A DNA stretch of 64,000 nucleotides from Eledone cirrhosa. Its lineage: Eukaryota. The position numbers and the translations under genes are program-made. Numbering within the stretch: position 1 is the stretch's first letter; each line of letters starts with the position of its first letter. The stretch is from contig OZ024748.1 in NCBI GenBank assembly GCA_964016885.1, positions 6,758,001-6,822,000 on the forward strand, given 5' to 3'. A model generated the notes under the pieces. That model saw nothing but the letters and a program-made list of their open reading frames with translations, did not search any database and was not told the DNA's origin. This document shows, piece by piece, positions 30,861 through 44,806 of this stretch.

Positions 30861-31116
30861 TGTCGCAGCTGATAAATATTTCTCCCCTTTGTTTTCCTAT
30901 CTCGTCTCTTTCTATCTCTCTTTCTGTATCTCCCTCTCTCTCTTCTCTACCTTTCTCTATTTTTCTCGCTCTATATCCGTTCCCCTTACTACCCCCCCCC
31001 CACCATTCTTCGCTTTATCCCTCTCTTTGGCTTTCACTCTCTCTCTCTCCCTCTCTCTTTCTTCCTCATCTTCTCTCTTCTCTCAGGTTCTCATTTGTTA
31101 AGCAACACTAGATTTA

Positions 31117-31295
31117 ATTGTTTCTACTTTTGGCACAAGGCCTGCAAATTAACCAGTGTATTACTGGTACTTTATTTTATCGACCCCGTAAGGATGAAAG
31201 GCAAAGTTAACCTCGGCGGGATTTGAACTCAGAATGGCAAGGGCCGTAACTCTATGCGTCAAAGCATGACGTCCGGCCCTATACCGATACTGCCG
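31117..31295 (-). mobile_element. SINE family 1
   Basis: Reverse complement of the full consensus. Confidence 0.85.
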
Positions 31296-32120
31296 ACGAC
31301 GACACGCCGCCATCTGGCCTCCTTCGAGGAGGCCCCGTGTAGACGGTTAATGTGTGTATGTATATGAGAGTGTGCATGTGTTCGTCTATATACGAGAGTG
31401 TGTGTGCATGTGTTTGTATAAATATGTATGTGTGTGTATGTGTATGTGAATGTTTCCGTGTATAAATATATGGATGTGTACGTTGGTGAGAGTGCGTGTG
31501 TGAATATATGTGAGTGTGAATGTGTATATATGCGTATGTGTGATTGTGTGTGTGTCAGTCTATCAGTGTATATGTGTGTGCATATGTGTATGTGTATGTA
31601 TGTATGTGTGTGTGCATGTGTCAGTGTATCAGTGTATATGTATGTGCAAGTGTGTATGTTTATGTAGGTATGCGTGTGTGTGTGTGTCAGTGTATCAGTG
31701 TATATGTATGTGCAAGTGTGTATGTTTATGTAGGTATGCGTGTGTGTGTGTGTCAGTGTATCAGTGTATATGTATGTGCAAGTGTGTATGTTTATGTATG
31801 TGTCTGTATGCGTGTGTGTGTGTATTGGTATGTATATATCCTCACTCTGTCTCCCTCTCCATCTTTACCTCATATTTATTACTCTTTCCTTCTCTTTAAC
31901 TCACCCTCTCAAATATTTCTACCACTCATTCTCTTTCTCTCTTTCTCTCACAAAATGTTTTACTATTTCTCCCTCTTCCTCATTCTCTCTCACATTCTTT
32001 TGTTTCACTCCATTTCTCACAGTCATTTCTTCTCACTTTCTCTCTCTCACCTCACTCTCTTTCTCTCTCTCACCTCTCTCTTTTTCTCGCTCTCTCTACG
32101 GCTCTGTTACTCTCTCTTTA

Positions 32121-32172
<52 letters not shown>

Positions 32173-32779
32173 ACTCTATCTCTCTCTCTGTCTCTATATT
32201 CTTCAGTCTGCCTCCCTCTCTTTCTCTCCTCTCTCTCTCGCTGCATTTCTTTCTTCTTCTCTCCCTTATTTAGTATCTCTCTTCCGTTCTATATTTCACT
32301 TTCTCTTTCTCTCTTTCCTCTCTTACACATCATTTCTCTCGTAAACACCCTTCTCCCTATCTCTCCCTAACCCCCTTTTATTAGCTCGCTCCATCCATGC
32401 CTCTCCGGTTCACACATATTTTCTCTTTATCTCCTTCTATCTCGCTTTTCTCTCTCTTTTTAATCTCTTTTCTCTATCTCCCTCCGTTTCGTTCTCTCTC
32501 CTTCTCAACTACTCTACATTTACCGCCTCTCTCTTTCTCTCTCTCTACCCTACGTTCCATCCCTCCCCCTCTAGTTTACACACATGGTGTGACATATCTC
32601 AGTGTTTATGAGCATCTTATCAGGCGTCAGAAGCCTTCTGTACACAACGGGTCCAACCATCACCAACAACCACCGAAACCTACCCAACACCATCATCACC
32701 CACAATCCACTACAACCAAACTCCATCGCACTATAAGACACACCACCACCCCCAACTACCATCTCTCTCCACTGGCCTC

Positions 32780-33960
32780 CAACCCACCACCACCACCACC
32801 ACGAGCACCCCCACAAACACCACTACCACAACCATCCCCACCACCACCACCACCACCACCACCACCAACACCACCAACACCACCACCATCACCACCACCA
32901 CCACCAACATCAGCACCACTACCATCAGCACCACCACCACTACCACCACCACCAACATCACAACCACCACATCACCACCACCACCACCACATCACCACCA
33001 CCACCACCACATCACCACCACCACCACCACCACCACCATCACCAACACCATCACCACCAACATCATCACCACCACCATCACCACCAACATCACCACCACC
33101 ACCACGACCACTACCACTACCACCAACACCACCAACATCACCACCACCACTATCACCACCACCATCACCAACACCACTACCATCACCAACACCAACACCA
33201 CTACCATCACCAACACCAACACCAACACCACCACCACCACCACCGCTACCACCACCACCACCAACATCACCACCACCACCATCACCAACACCACCACCGC
33301 AACCATCACCACCACCACCACCACCACCACTACCACAACTACCACCACCACCGCTACCACCACCATCACCACCAACACCGCCACCACTACCACCACCAGC
33401 ACCACATCCACCACCACCGCTACCACCACCACCACCACCACCACCAACATCACCACCACCACCATCACCAACACCACCACCGCAACCATCACCACCACCA
33501 CCACCACCACCACTACCACAACTACCACCACCACCGCTACCACCACCATCACCACCAACACCGCCACCACTACCACCACCAGCACCACATCCACCACCAC
33601 CGCTACCACCACCACCACCACCACCACCATCACCCCATCCACCACTACCACCACCTCCACCACCACCACCATTACCACCACCACCACCACCATCAACACA
33701 ACCACCACCACCACCTCCACCATCACCAATACCACCACCACCATCACCACTACCACTACCACCACCACCACCATCTCCCCTACCACCGCCACCATCACCA
33801 CCACCACATCCACCACTACCACCACCTCTACCACCACTACCACCACCACCTCCATCACCACTACCACCACCATCATCACTACCACCACCACCATCACCAC
33901 TACCACCACCACCACCATCACCACCATCACCACTACCCCCACCACCACCACCACCACCAG
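32780..33960. repeat. (CCA)n low-complexity tract with a ~180-bp internal duplication
   Basis: Degenerate CCA triplets; 33240-33420 is repeated at 33420-33600. Similar (GGT/CCA)n tracts occur at 20230-20600, 22040-22370, 41950-42300 and 50390-50600. Confidence 0.9.
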
Positions 33961-34255
33961 GCTAACCTGTCAATTGTACTCCTAAGAAATTTTATTACAG
34001 GGGCTATATAAAATATTTGAAAAGGGGTCCACTTTTCAAACGGAATACTGTCGGCAAGACTTGAAACATGCTACCCGTTATTTAGCAACCCACCCCAGCA
34101 ACATCCCAGGCCTGTGTGACCCCTACCCACAGGTCCTTTCCCCTTAATGCTCCGTAATCAGTAAAGTCAATACCTAAGTAAATGGTTGTATTTGCGTGTG
34201 CGCGTGTGTTTGTACGTATGTGTATATGCTTAGGTATGCACACACAAACACAGGA

Positions 34256-34305
<50 letters not shown>

Positions 34306-34329
34306 ATGTATATATATATATATATATAG

Positions 34330-34485
34330 GAAAATGTTTAACCCCCGACGGCAGAGTTCAAGTCGAAACGGCTTGAGCTCTGGCGTCGGGGTTAAACTTT
34401 TTCCTATTATCCACTCTACTACCCTAAGTATTGAGTACTCTGGTGCTTTATGGTCCATCTGGTTCCTTACCACACCTCCTTAGTT
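34330..34485 (+). mobile_element. Family F element, copy 2 (diverged)
   Basis: Shares gtcgaaacggcttgagctc...ttcctatta.ccactctactacc..aagtattgagtact.tggtgc.ttatggtcca..tggttccttaccaca with copy 1. Short inverted 5' arm; sits in (TA)n. Confidence 0.75.
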
Positions 34486-35247
34486 ATATATATATATATA
34501 TATATACAAGTAGAAGCTTAGTAAAATCAAAGCCTTGACTGTGGCCAAGCAAAGTCGACCTACAATAAAGAATGAGTAGCAAAGCATTCAATAAGGGTAG
34601 GTCCTTAGAGTAATAACATTACGTTTAAATAGCTTGACAAATTGAAAATTGTAGCAGGCAAAACCCAACACACAATACCAAAACAAAGAAATAACTAATC
34701 AGGTTAAACCAACAGACCTGGACAGATCGAACGATATTCTGCAATACGTCCGATATCATCAAATCAACTTGCGTAACACGTAAGCTTGTGGTATTCATGA
34801 TCGAACAGGGGACTCACTTCATCGACAGGCATTTCGTTCTTTGGCCTCTAACGAGTATGAACTTAACTCCATGCGACCGCCACAATAGACAGCCTTCTAT
34901 CATTTCGTTGTCGTCGTGATATTTCCAACAAGGGAAGCAACCCCCGGCTTTTGGCGGGTAAATTCAAAATGTTAACAAAGGAAAATAAATTCCGCTCAAC
35001 ATTCCGAATAAAAGCTCTCAACTAGACGTGAAGTTATTAAAAACACACACAAATAATTAACTAATCAACATAATTGTCTAATTAAATTAATTAATTAATT
35101 ATTTTGTCTAGGGGAATAATAAGGGTAGACCCTGAGAGTAATAACATTAGGTTTAAATAGCTTGACAAATTGAAAATTGCGGTAGGCAAAACCCGACCAT
35201 ACAATACCAAAACAACGAAAGAACTAATAAGGTTATATATATATATG

Positions 35248-35338
<91 letters not shown>

Positions 35339-35346
35339 TATATAAT

Positions 35347-35790
35347 CTCAAAGAATCTGTCATCCCATCAGGTGTAATGACTTGGGGTTTGGTGTTGGTG
35401 TAGAGCAGTGATATCAAGTCCACTATCTTCTTGGGGATTCCATAAGCCTGTAAGATCTTCATCGGGCAGTGACGGTCCACAGAATCAAAAGCCTTCCTAA
35501 AGTCGATGAAAACAATGACCGCAGGAAGGCACTTTGCTCTAGCTCACTCTAATATCCTCCTCAACACCAGGATGTGACTGGTGGTTGATCTTCCCTCTCT
35601 GAAGCCGTTCTGGTTGTCCCTGAGCTTCTTTTCCATCTCGGGCTGGATCCTGTTAAGAATCATCCTGTTGGGGGTCTTTGCCACAAATGACGTCAGTGAG
35701 ATCCCCCTGTAGTTGTTAGAGAGATGTCCCTTCTTTGGCACTGGGATGATGTTACTGATCCTCCACTGATTCGGGGCAACTCCCTTCTCC
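35347..35790 (-). pseudogene. RTE-type non-LTR retrotransposon reverse transcriptase fragment
   Basis: W..SNIIPVPKKG...NYRGISLTS..AK...ILNRI...QNGFREGRST...LRRILE*...FIDFRKAFDSV...YGIP, with an in-frame stop. Confidence 0.9.
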
Positions 35791-35862
35791 CTTCTCTCTA
35801 TATATATAATATAATGAAATGACAGGAGGCTGGACTTGTGTAAATCCTTGAAAGGTTTATTG

Positions 35863-35918
35863 TACTATGATCATTTCAATGACCGGGTTCCGTATGGATC
35901 CTGTGATATCATCAGGTA
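35863..35918 (-). ncRNA. Type I hammerhead ribozyme motif (family D)
   Basis: Minus strand reads TAC-CTGATGA-tatcacaggatcc-atac-ggaacccggtcatt-GAA-ATGATCAT-A-GTA. Palindromic stem III, imperfect stem II, AUA triplet. Confidence 0.65.
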
Positions 35919-35947
35919 TTCGAAATATAATAAGTGAACCTCAAACC

Positions 35948-36041
<94 letters not shown>

Positions 36042-36632
36042 TTAGTTAAGCAAAACAAGACCACAAATTTCACAAGGAAGACATTATTAAAAGATTGTCA
36101 ACATAGTTTTAGTTTGATGTAAGGAATGTAGAGAATAATAATAATAATGTCCGTTTACAATTGTTTCGCTACTCCATATAATGATTATAGATCATTATTG
36201 ATCAGTTGAAAATAATTAACTTAGGTACAACTAGAGCAGCTTATCGGAACTTCAAAAGGACTATGAATTAAAATAAGGAAAGAATGTTACATGAATGTAA
36301 TGTTCCATATATTGGTATTTCACTATGGTGTCTTGGGTATATCTATTGTCTGCCATAGTCGAGCAGTATTCTTCTGTCGAGGCTGCATTGTGTGAGATCT
36401 GCCTATGGGTAACAAGATGGCCGCCAATGGACATATTTACCTTACTAATTAGAGGGTCGTTTCAGGGGAAGTAACTCCTCGAGAAATTAGAAATTGTGGG
36501 TAGTTTATAGTTAAGAAGTGCTAATTTTTAAATTTTTAATTGAGAGACAATGTAAGGGAGGTAACTTATAATTATCTAAGTTAGCTATAACTATTTAACT
36601 TATTAGCTATAAGTAAAAATGGGGCTAGATGA

Positions 36633-37000
36633 CTATGTTGGGTCAAATATTCTGTTGGCGAAGGAATTAGCCCTTCGATATTGACAGCTAATAGTTACCT
36701 CCGTTCTATCGTTAATCGGTAGAGGTTGTGATAGAGTTATGTAATATGCTTCGGTAAGACAGAGGTCACAAGATTTTCTTCTTCCATTGAACGGTTGGGC
36801 CCTAGCCAAGATATCCCATGTTAGTGAGTATTCAATGTTGGTTAATTTAAGGTTTCTAATGAGCCTAGCTAGAGATGTCGAACATCTGTTGTTAGGGTCT
36901 CGGAAGGAAAAAGAGTGCGCGTTATAGCGTACCTTAAAAGGGTTAGAGATAGAGCCGATATAGGAGCTGGGATGCGAAGCAGTTTTAACTGTGCACGTAT
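36633..37000 (-). pseudogene. Penelope-like retroelement GIY-YIG endonuclease C-terminal fragment (5'-truncated)
   Basis: Translation YTCTV...YIG...FKVRYNAHSFSFR...STSLA..I.NLK...WDILARA.PF...CDLCLTE...INDRTE...C matches the PLE endonuclease pattern YIG / RYxxH / CxLCLxE / NxRxE. Confidence 0.85.
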
Positions 37001-37021
37001 ACATATATATATATGTATATA

Positions 37022-37170
37022 TATGAGGTGGGTCAGAAAAGTTCCTGGACTGATGTCACAAAAGATTTATTTCTTCATTACTTTGAAGGAGAAAGCTTTC
37101 AGTGTGAAGTTTGGGTTTGAAATAAATATTTTGTGACATTAGTCCTGGAACATTTCTGACCACCTCGTAT
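37022..37170. mobile_element. Tc1/mariner-type MITE
   Basis: TIRs ta(t/c)gaggt(g)ggtcagaaa.gttcc.ggact.atgtcacaaaa.atttatttc at both ends, flanked by TA. Confidence 0.75.
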
Positions 37171-37789
37171 ATACGTATATATATATATGTATATATATAT
37201 GTATATATATTATGTATATATGTGTATATATATATGTATATATGTATATACATATATTAAGTATATGTATATATGTATATATATTATGTATATATGTGCA
37301 TATATACATATATATATATACATATATATATATATGTGTGTGTCTGTGTGTTTGTGTGTGTGTGCATGGCGGAAGGAAAACGCATGGCTCAGAGGTTACG
37401 GCGCTGGTCTTACAATCGTCAGGTTGTGTGTTTGATTCACAGAAAAAGACATTGTATTCCTTGAGAAAGACAGTTTACTCAGCTGTAGAAGTGAGTTGCG
37501 ACGTCACTGGTATCAAGCTGCTTCGTCTTCAGCCTTTCTCTTGGACAACGCCGGGGGCGTGGTGAGGTGAAGCAAGTATGCAGGGGTGACTGCTGGCCCA
37601 GATCTTTATACCTTAGAGGAGAGTTTTCTACATGCAAAGCCCATGATCATTCGTGACCGAAGGGTGACCCACTCCCTGTCTTTCTATCTTTACTTGTATG
37701 AATCGTCTAGTGTTGTGTCACACACAAAAACATAGACAGACAGATAAATAGATAGATAAATGGATATATAAACTGTAGATAGATAGATG

Positions 37790-37875
<86 letters not shown>

Positions 37876-37990
37876 CAGACAGATAGAAAGACAGACAGAC
37901 AGATAGATAGTTAGAAAGATAGATAGATATATAGATAGACAGACAGAGAGAAAGACAGACAGACATACAGATAGGTAGATAGACAGATAT

Positions 37991-38027
<37 letters not shown>

Positions 38028-39365
38028 CACAAGGACCACAGCTGTGCCCTTTTTTACAAGCAAAGAACTTTCCGCTCCACTGAATTTGTTGCCTCAGGTT
38101 GTTTGCTTTTGTCTAAATGTTTTAATTTTATGTATGTGTGTGTCAGTGTGTGTGTGTGGGGGGGGGGGGGGGGGGGGTTATTTTTCTTGTTGTTGTTTAT
38201 TTTCTTTTTGCTGTTTGTTTGATGGTTTTTCTAGTGTTGTGTTTGTTTAGATTTTTACTGTTGCTTTTGCTGGTTGATTCTATAGTGAAACGTTGGTGAG
38301 CTTAGAGAGATTTTAGCGAGAGATAGAGAAAGAGAGGTAGAGAAAGTGAGAGAAAAGAGAGAGACTGAGAGAGGTAGAGAGAGAGAACGTGTGAGAGAGA
38401 GAGCAACAAAGATACTACGACATAGACAAAAATGCAGAGGGTATTATTAAAAGAAAATATGGATGAGGATATATTGAATGACGTGCTCACACACACACAT
38501 AAATCCCCCCCCCCCCCCCATTATATATATATATATATATGTGTGTGTGAAGAGTGGTGTGCTCACGCGCGGAGATGCTATACAACAGTTCATAGAATAG
38601 GCTGAAGACCCTTAAAGACAGGAAAAGTAGTTGCCATATATATATATACACATGAGTGAGTGAGTGTGTAAAGATATTATGTGTTATGTAGTTAGTTATT
38701 TCTACCTTATCGATTGACCATGTATGGAACCTGTGTTTGCTTGAGTAAGTATATTTTAGTTACGTGTACAAATGAACATGGTTGACCGAATACCATTATT
38801 GAACATATCTTCAATATCCTTGCTAAACGTTCAAAATAACTGTTGATCTTCCATTGAATGTTGCTCATATCTGATTAAATAATGCACATGCACACGCACA
38901 AACAGATACACATACTCTCACACACCTCACATACACACATACACAAACGTACACGCCTATATACACACATAAATACAGAGAGAAAGAGAGAAAGAACAAG
39001 GCTAAGTAGAAATCGTTAGAAAATCACAGCATTAAGCGGCCTTCAGGTTAACACCTTGCGTCCTTTTCTTAATTTAATAAATAATTCAAATCTAAATTAG
39101 TTCGCACGCTAAAAATGTCCAAACAAAACAACAATAGTGGTGAAATAATATAAATATTCACAAAACAATATTGAGTAACTTATTTTAATTACACAATCCA
39201 CAAAGAGGAACCAATGGATTAAATCGCCATATTGTATTCATAACAGGAAATGCCATTTAGGCAGTTTCCGGTATACTTGGTATTTTTAATGAGATAGCAA
39301 AACTTTTTTATGTGGAGAGAAAGATTTGTTTTAGTCACGCACACGCGCACGTTATATGCATGTAC

Positions 39366-39800
39366 ACGGCCTTAAGTAGGAGCAATAACATTAAGAAAGA
39401 CATGAACAACACCACAACACTTTGTTTTGAACATTTTGAAAGTAGGTTTATAAGTATGAATTTTCATCACGTTTTCGTAGTTGTCTCAGTGGCCTAGTGG
39501 TAGGTACTAGAGACGGTGGAGATCCTGATCTACGGTTCAATCCCGGTCAAGAGGCACTTGTAATATTTTTCAGTTTTTATAACCCATAGAAAAAAACTGA
39601 AAAGGTTTACTGGGAACCCTACTCTCGACCAGGATCGAACTTCAGACCAGAAACACCACCGTCTACGATTCCTACAACAAGGCCATGCAGACAGCTACAA
39701 AAGTATATTGATAATCATAAACCTACTTTCAAAATCTAAGTTAAAAAGATGTGGTGTCATTCATTGTTTTCCTAGAGCTATTAGTAATATTTAGAGTCGA
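39366..39800. repeat. Diverged ~430-bp palindrome containing two convergent tRNA-like units
   Basis: The arms share attttgaaagtaggtttat, gtag.tgtct...tggcct.gt.gtagg, agacggtgg and gttc.atcc.ggtc.agag. Apex near 39583. Confidence 0.7.
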
Positions 39801-40355
39801 CTTCTGGTCTTATTGAAAGTCTCTGGATTTCGCAAAATACATAATATTTTTTATTGGAGAAGTTAAGATATTTTCACTGCTTTGTTTCCACTTCTGTATT
39901 TTTCAAAAATGTTATTTATTCATTATAAAAATTAAATGATAGCATTCTATATGTAGTTGGGCTCCCTTCATCTCCTGACAACCAATATTTTTAGACCCAG
40001 TCAGCCACTGGGTGTTGTCATGAAATGAAGCAAGACATGAAATCCATTCTAGGCTAGTTGTTTTATTTATAGAGGAGAGGAAACGGTGAATTTTAGATAT
40101 GAAAGGATTATTCATGGTCACAGAGATTGAAATGCTACGTTTGGCGCCAGTCTTCTTTGCGCTAAAATTCCACCAGTCAGAAGAGGTGCAGTTCTTATGA
40201 AAATGGAGGTAGAGATATGAGATCAAATCATAGGTTAGTTTCGATTATATCTAGAGGAGGTTTTTAAGTATTTCTGTTTATATTTAAATATATCCAATCT
40301 AAAGTTCAATAAAGTCTATTTTTTTAATTGAACTCTAGACACGATAAAATCTTTA

Positions 40356-40453
<98 letters not shown>

Positions 40454-41036
40454 GGGTGGGCTGTATACTTAGTGAGAATGAGAGAGAAGAAGAGAGAGAT
40501 AAAGAAGTAGAGGGGTGGTAAGAAATGAGTCAGCATGCCTGGTGTTGTGCTGCTATAGCAAACTCTGTAAGAATTTCTTGCGATTTTCTATGCTGTGTCT
40601 CCATATCCACTGGGGGACATTTACTCTTGTATTACTTATAAAGTACTCCGTAAAAGATTAGACACACTATAATAAATTCACTTTGGTTTTCTCACATAAT
40701 TAAGAGGTGTCAAGTCTGTAAAAGTATCCTAATTGACTTACGACACAAACATCAAGCCAATTTCCCCCCTGCTTCATACAATCCTATTTTTCTTTGGGAA
40801 AATATTCTTCTATAGAAGTTAATACCATGTTAGTAGATTCTTAAAAGCTTTACGATGTGTTCCGTTTCCGCTACTTGCACTTTAGAAAGTTAAGGTTTAC
40901 ATTTTTTGACAAGCTGGAAAGAACGCTTTTTAAACGTAGCCATAAGTCATGAAACTATTCTTTAAAATATACTTACCGCTTTCATCTGGATCCTGTCTTG
41001 TTCACGTCGTATTTCTGTGTCCATACGGCATTAATG

Positions 41037-41325
41037 AGGAGGCACGTGGCCTAGTGGTAAGGGTGTTGGACTTACGATCATAATGCCGTGAGTTCGATTC
41101 CTGGGCTGCGTTTCGTGTTGTGTTCTTGAGCAAAAGACTTCATTTCACGTTGCTCTCTTATACTCAGCTGTAGATGAGTACCAGTAATAGCTGGGGATTT
41201 AACTCTGCGATGGACTGGACTGGCGTCCTATCCAGGAGAAGTCTTGTACTCTCAGTCGCTCCACGCCATGAAAGCGGGATAAGCACCAACCTAACAAGGC
41301 TTCTGGCTGAAGACAGGCTTTAGAC
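41037..41325 (+). mobile_element. tRNA-derived SINE family 2; related copies at about 23697-23850 (+), 37375-37670 (+), 22970-23300 (-) and 2990-3095 (-)
   Basis: A box tggcctagtgg, B box gagttcgattcc, then gtgtt.tgt.cttgagcaa.a.actt.atttcacgttgctc. Confidence 0.75.
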
Positions 41326-41814
41326 TTATATATATATATATATATATACATACACATATACACATATCTATATATATGTATGTATAAATGTATATATAGA
41401 CATATATATGTATATGTGTATATATATATATATGGTGTGTGTGTGTGTATGTTGAAGCCGGTGTATATATGTTATGTATATCGCACACACACACACATAC
41501 ACACACACACACATATATATATGTGTGTTTGTGTGATATACGTGTGTGTATGTGTGTATGTGTTGGTGTGTGTGATATACGTCTGTGTGTGTGTGTCTGT
41601 GTGTGTGTTTGTGTGCGTGAGTGTGTTGAAGTCGATGTATGTATGTTATGTATGTGTGTCTGTAAACAACAAACTCAATATATTTGGTTTCATCATGTCA
41701 CGGAACAATGCCACTATTTCAAACTCCATTATACTATGAGAGAATAATCCCACCCTGGGGAACTTTCACTTCTCTCTTCTTGTTATTAATATTTAGGAGA
41801 ACAACATTATTATT

Positions 41815-41861
<47 letters not shown>

Positions 41862-42596
41862 CGTTGTTGTTGTTGTCATTGTTGTTATTGACAACAAAAA
41901 TAAAACAGAGAAGTAATAACGATAGAGTTGATGAGGACAAAGTTACTGTTGGTTGTGGTGGTGGTGACGGTGGTGATTGGGGTGGTGCTGCTGGTGGTGG
42001 TGGTAGTGGAGGTGAGTCTCCTGGTCGTGATGGTGGTGTTGGTGGTGGTGATGGGGATGGTGCTGGTGATGGTTCTGGTGGTGTTGGTGGTGGTGATGGT
42101 GATGGAAGTGAGACTGTTGGTGATGGTGATGGTTCTGGTGGTGTTGGTGGTGGTGATGGTGATGGAGGTGAGACTGTTGGTGATGGTGTTGGTGGTGGTG
42201 GTGGTGGTGGTGGTGGTGGTGGTGGTGGTGGTGGTAGTGGTGGTGGTGGTGATAGTGGTGACTTTGTTGGTAGTGGTGATGGGGGTGCTGGTGTGGTGCT
42301 GATGTTGTTAGTGATAGTGGTGAGTCTGTAGATCGTGGTGCTGGTGATTTTTGTTGTAGTGTTGGTGTTAGTATTGGTGTTAGTGATTAGGTTGTTGGTA
42401 ATGATTTAGATGTAATGGTGTTAATGGTGGATTTCTTAGTTGTAACATTAGTGGCGGCGTTATTGTTGGTGGTTTTCGTGGTCATGGCGAAACCAACAAT
42501 AATAATAAATATTTCTGATTTAGGCACAAGGTTAGTAATTTGAAGGTGGGGGTGGAAAGTCGACCCCAGTAATTGCTGGTACATAATGTTATCGAT

Positions 42597-43508
42597 AACT
42601 AGCAGTGGTACCCGGCGTTGCACGGGATAAGGTATTTTGGAACGCGGGCCGCCAACAGACCTAATCGTAGAAAAACTGCATGCGTGGACGATATGTAAAG
42701 AAAATAAACCGAATACTCTGATGACTGGATAATCTTTAAGATTTTCCTCGATGAAGCAGGAAAAATGCACGTTTTCACCTAATGCGGGCCCTAGTGGATC
42801 AAGAAAATGAATTTTTTTATGTGCATAATATGCCTTGAAATGTCGGGAAAATCGGCTAAACGTAACGCCCCAAAAGAGCCCTAAAAAGCTGCAAAATGAA
42901 GTTTTTCACCTAATGCGGGCCCTAGGCCATAAAAAAGTTGGATTTTCTTGGCTCACAGTATGAAGAAGAGACTGACTCATATATAATTACAATTTCAAGG
43001 AAATCAGTCTGGCGTAACGACTAAAAAAAAACCTAAAAACCTGAAACAAACGCAGTTTTTCACACAAGGGGATCAAAAAGTTGAATTGTTTTTATGTGCA
43101 TAACACTCCCTGAAATATAAGTAATTCACATGTAAAGTTTGAAAAAATCGGTTGGGTACTTCTCGAGTTTTAGGGATTCAAACTCACAGACACACACACA
43201 CACACACGCAGACATACATCTTCAGGGAAGTGACGTAATGCAGACAGACGGACATACAGACAGATATTATAAGGGCGCGACGTTATATGTATGTATCTAT
43301 CTAAAAAGAGAGAGACTAAGAATTATAGAGAGAGATCGCTAAATCGCCTAATGCGGACCCTAGGGCATTGACAATTTGAAATTTCTTTTGCTCATAACAC
43401 TCCCTGAAATATAAGTATTACATGTGTAAAGTTTGGGTGGTTCTCGAGTTTTAGGGATTCAAACTCACACACACACACACAGACATCCTCAGTTTTATAT
43501 ATATAGAT
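42597..43508. mobile_element. Non-autonomous Helitron/Helentron-like (HINE/DINE-type) element with internal tandem repeats
   Basis: One end is aACTAGcagtggtacccggcgttgcacggg (CTAG plus subterminal hairpin); the other is cagacatcctcagttttatatatatagat. Internal repeats of ttttcacctaatgcgggccctag and a duplicated ~100-bp block (43098-43200 and 43393-43480). Confidence 0.7.
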
Positions 43509-43869
43509 GATGCTGTCAATTAAAAATATGTACTTATATTTCTTCAACTCCATTCTTGTCAATTGTTCAACAGTTTCTATTGTTATTCGATATATTCGTC
43601 TTATTCATGTTGTCATTGGTTTTATTGCTTTTGTTGTTATTGTTTTTATTGGGACTATTGTTGTGTTGTTGCTATTATTCTATGTGTTGTTATTGTTGTT
43701 GTTGTTGTTGTTGTTGTTGTAATATATATATTTCTCCAATGAAGCGAATATTGTTTAATTCCACGATTAAACAACAATGTTTTCCATTGACTGGTGGATG
43801 GGGGAAGTTCATTATTGTTCGGCTCTTCTCTTGCTTTCTGAACTGTTTGAAGTTCATCGAAAACCTTCA

Positions 43870-43989
<120 letters not shown>

Positions 43990-44617
43990 GGTAAAATCCC
44001 GGACGCGGTGCCAAGCGGTTTCAGCTTGTGAGTTCAGCAAGCCTTTGGTAGGGTATAGTAATGTGGGCAAGGTAAGCACATATAGGCCACATGTCTTGGT
44101 AGTGATTTAGTTGAATTTATCATAGTAGTAAACTGGGCTGCTGGAGAAGGGGAAGGGCAGAGAATGGTAATTGTTTCTGGACACGTAACGAGTCATGAGA
44201 AGGAAGTAGTGTGGATAGAGGAAGAAGTGGTGACTGGACTCTAGTGGAGTAGGAGGAGAAAGAGCATAATGTGGTTATGGTTAAATAAATTAGTAAATAA
44301 GATCAAAGAAGGTAAAATAAAAGGTTTAAAAATAGGTTAAGTGGATAATATGTTGTTGGTAACCAGTGATAAATTGTATGTAATATGTGTATGTATACTA
44401 CATACACAAGTACACTGGGGAGTTTTAGAAGGTTTTACATAGAAATGCACGAATAAATAAGTCAGTCATTACTTTAATGAAAGGGTGAGGTAAACATTTA
44501 GAGAAAAAATTATGAGTAGGTAGATTGTCGAGTGTGTGAATTAACAAACACAGACACAAGCACATTCATACATTCATACATGCACACACATATATGCACA
44601 TTCACATACACACACAC

Positions 44618-44693
<76 letters not shown>

Positions 44694-44717
44694 TATACAT
44701 ATATTTAATATAGAAAT

Positions 44718-44769
44718 GGCTTCTACGGAACTAGAACTGTTTCATTCGAAGGAAATCATCAGCGAAGCC
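44718..44769 (-). ncRNA. Type I hammerhead ribozyme motif (relative of family B)
   Basis: Minus strand reads GGCTTC-g-CTGATGA-tTTCcttcGAAt-GAA-ACaG-ttctagtt-CcGT-A-GAAGCC. Stem I differs from the 26769 copy but still pairs. Confidence 0.7.
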
Positions 44770-44806
44770 GACTGTCAATGAGTTATGGTGGTAGTTATAT
44801 ATTTTC

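Noticed and set aside
32397-33965. 522-aa proline-rich (extensin/formin-like) ORF
   Set aside because: It is a (CCA)n microsatellite preceded by CT repeats and is open on both strands. There is no domain or splice evidence.
38596-38640. CTGAAGA...GAAAAGTAGTT hammerhead candidate
   Set aside because: Stems II and III do not pair convincingly.
39477-39557. Functional tRNA-His gene
   Set aside because: The acceptor and anticodon stems do not fold properly, so it is kept only as a tRNA-like unit.
20204-42331. Glycine-, valine- and histidine-rich ORFs at 20204, 22022 and 41684
   Set aside because: They are translations of (GGT)n tracts.
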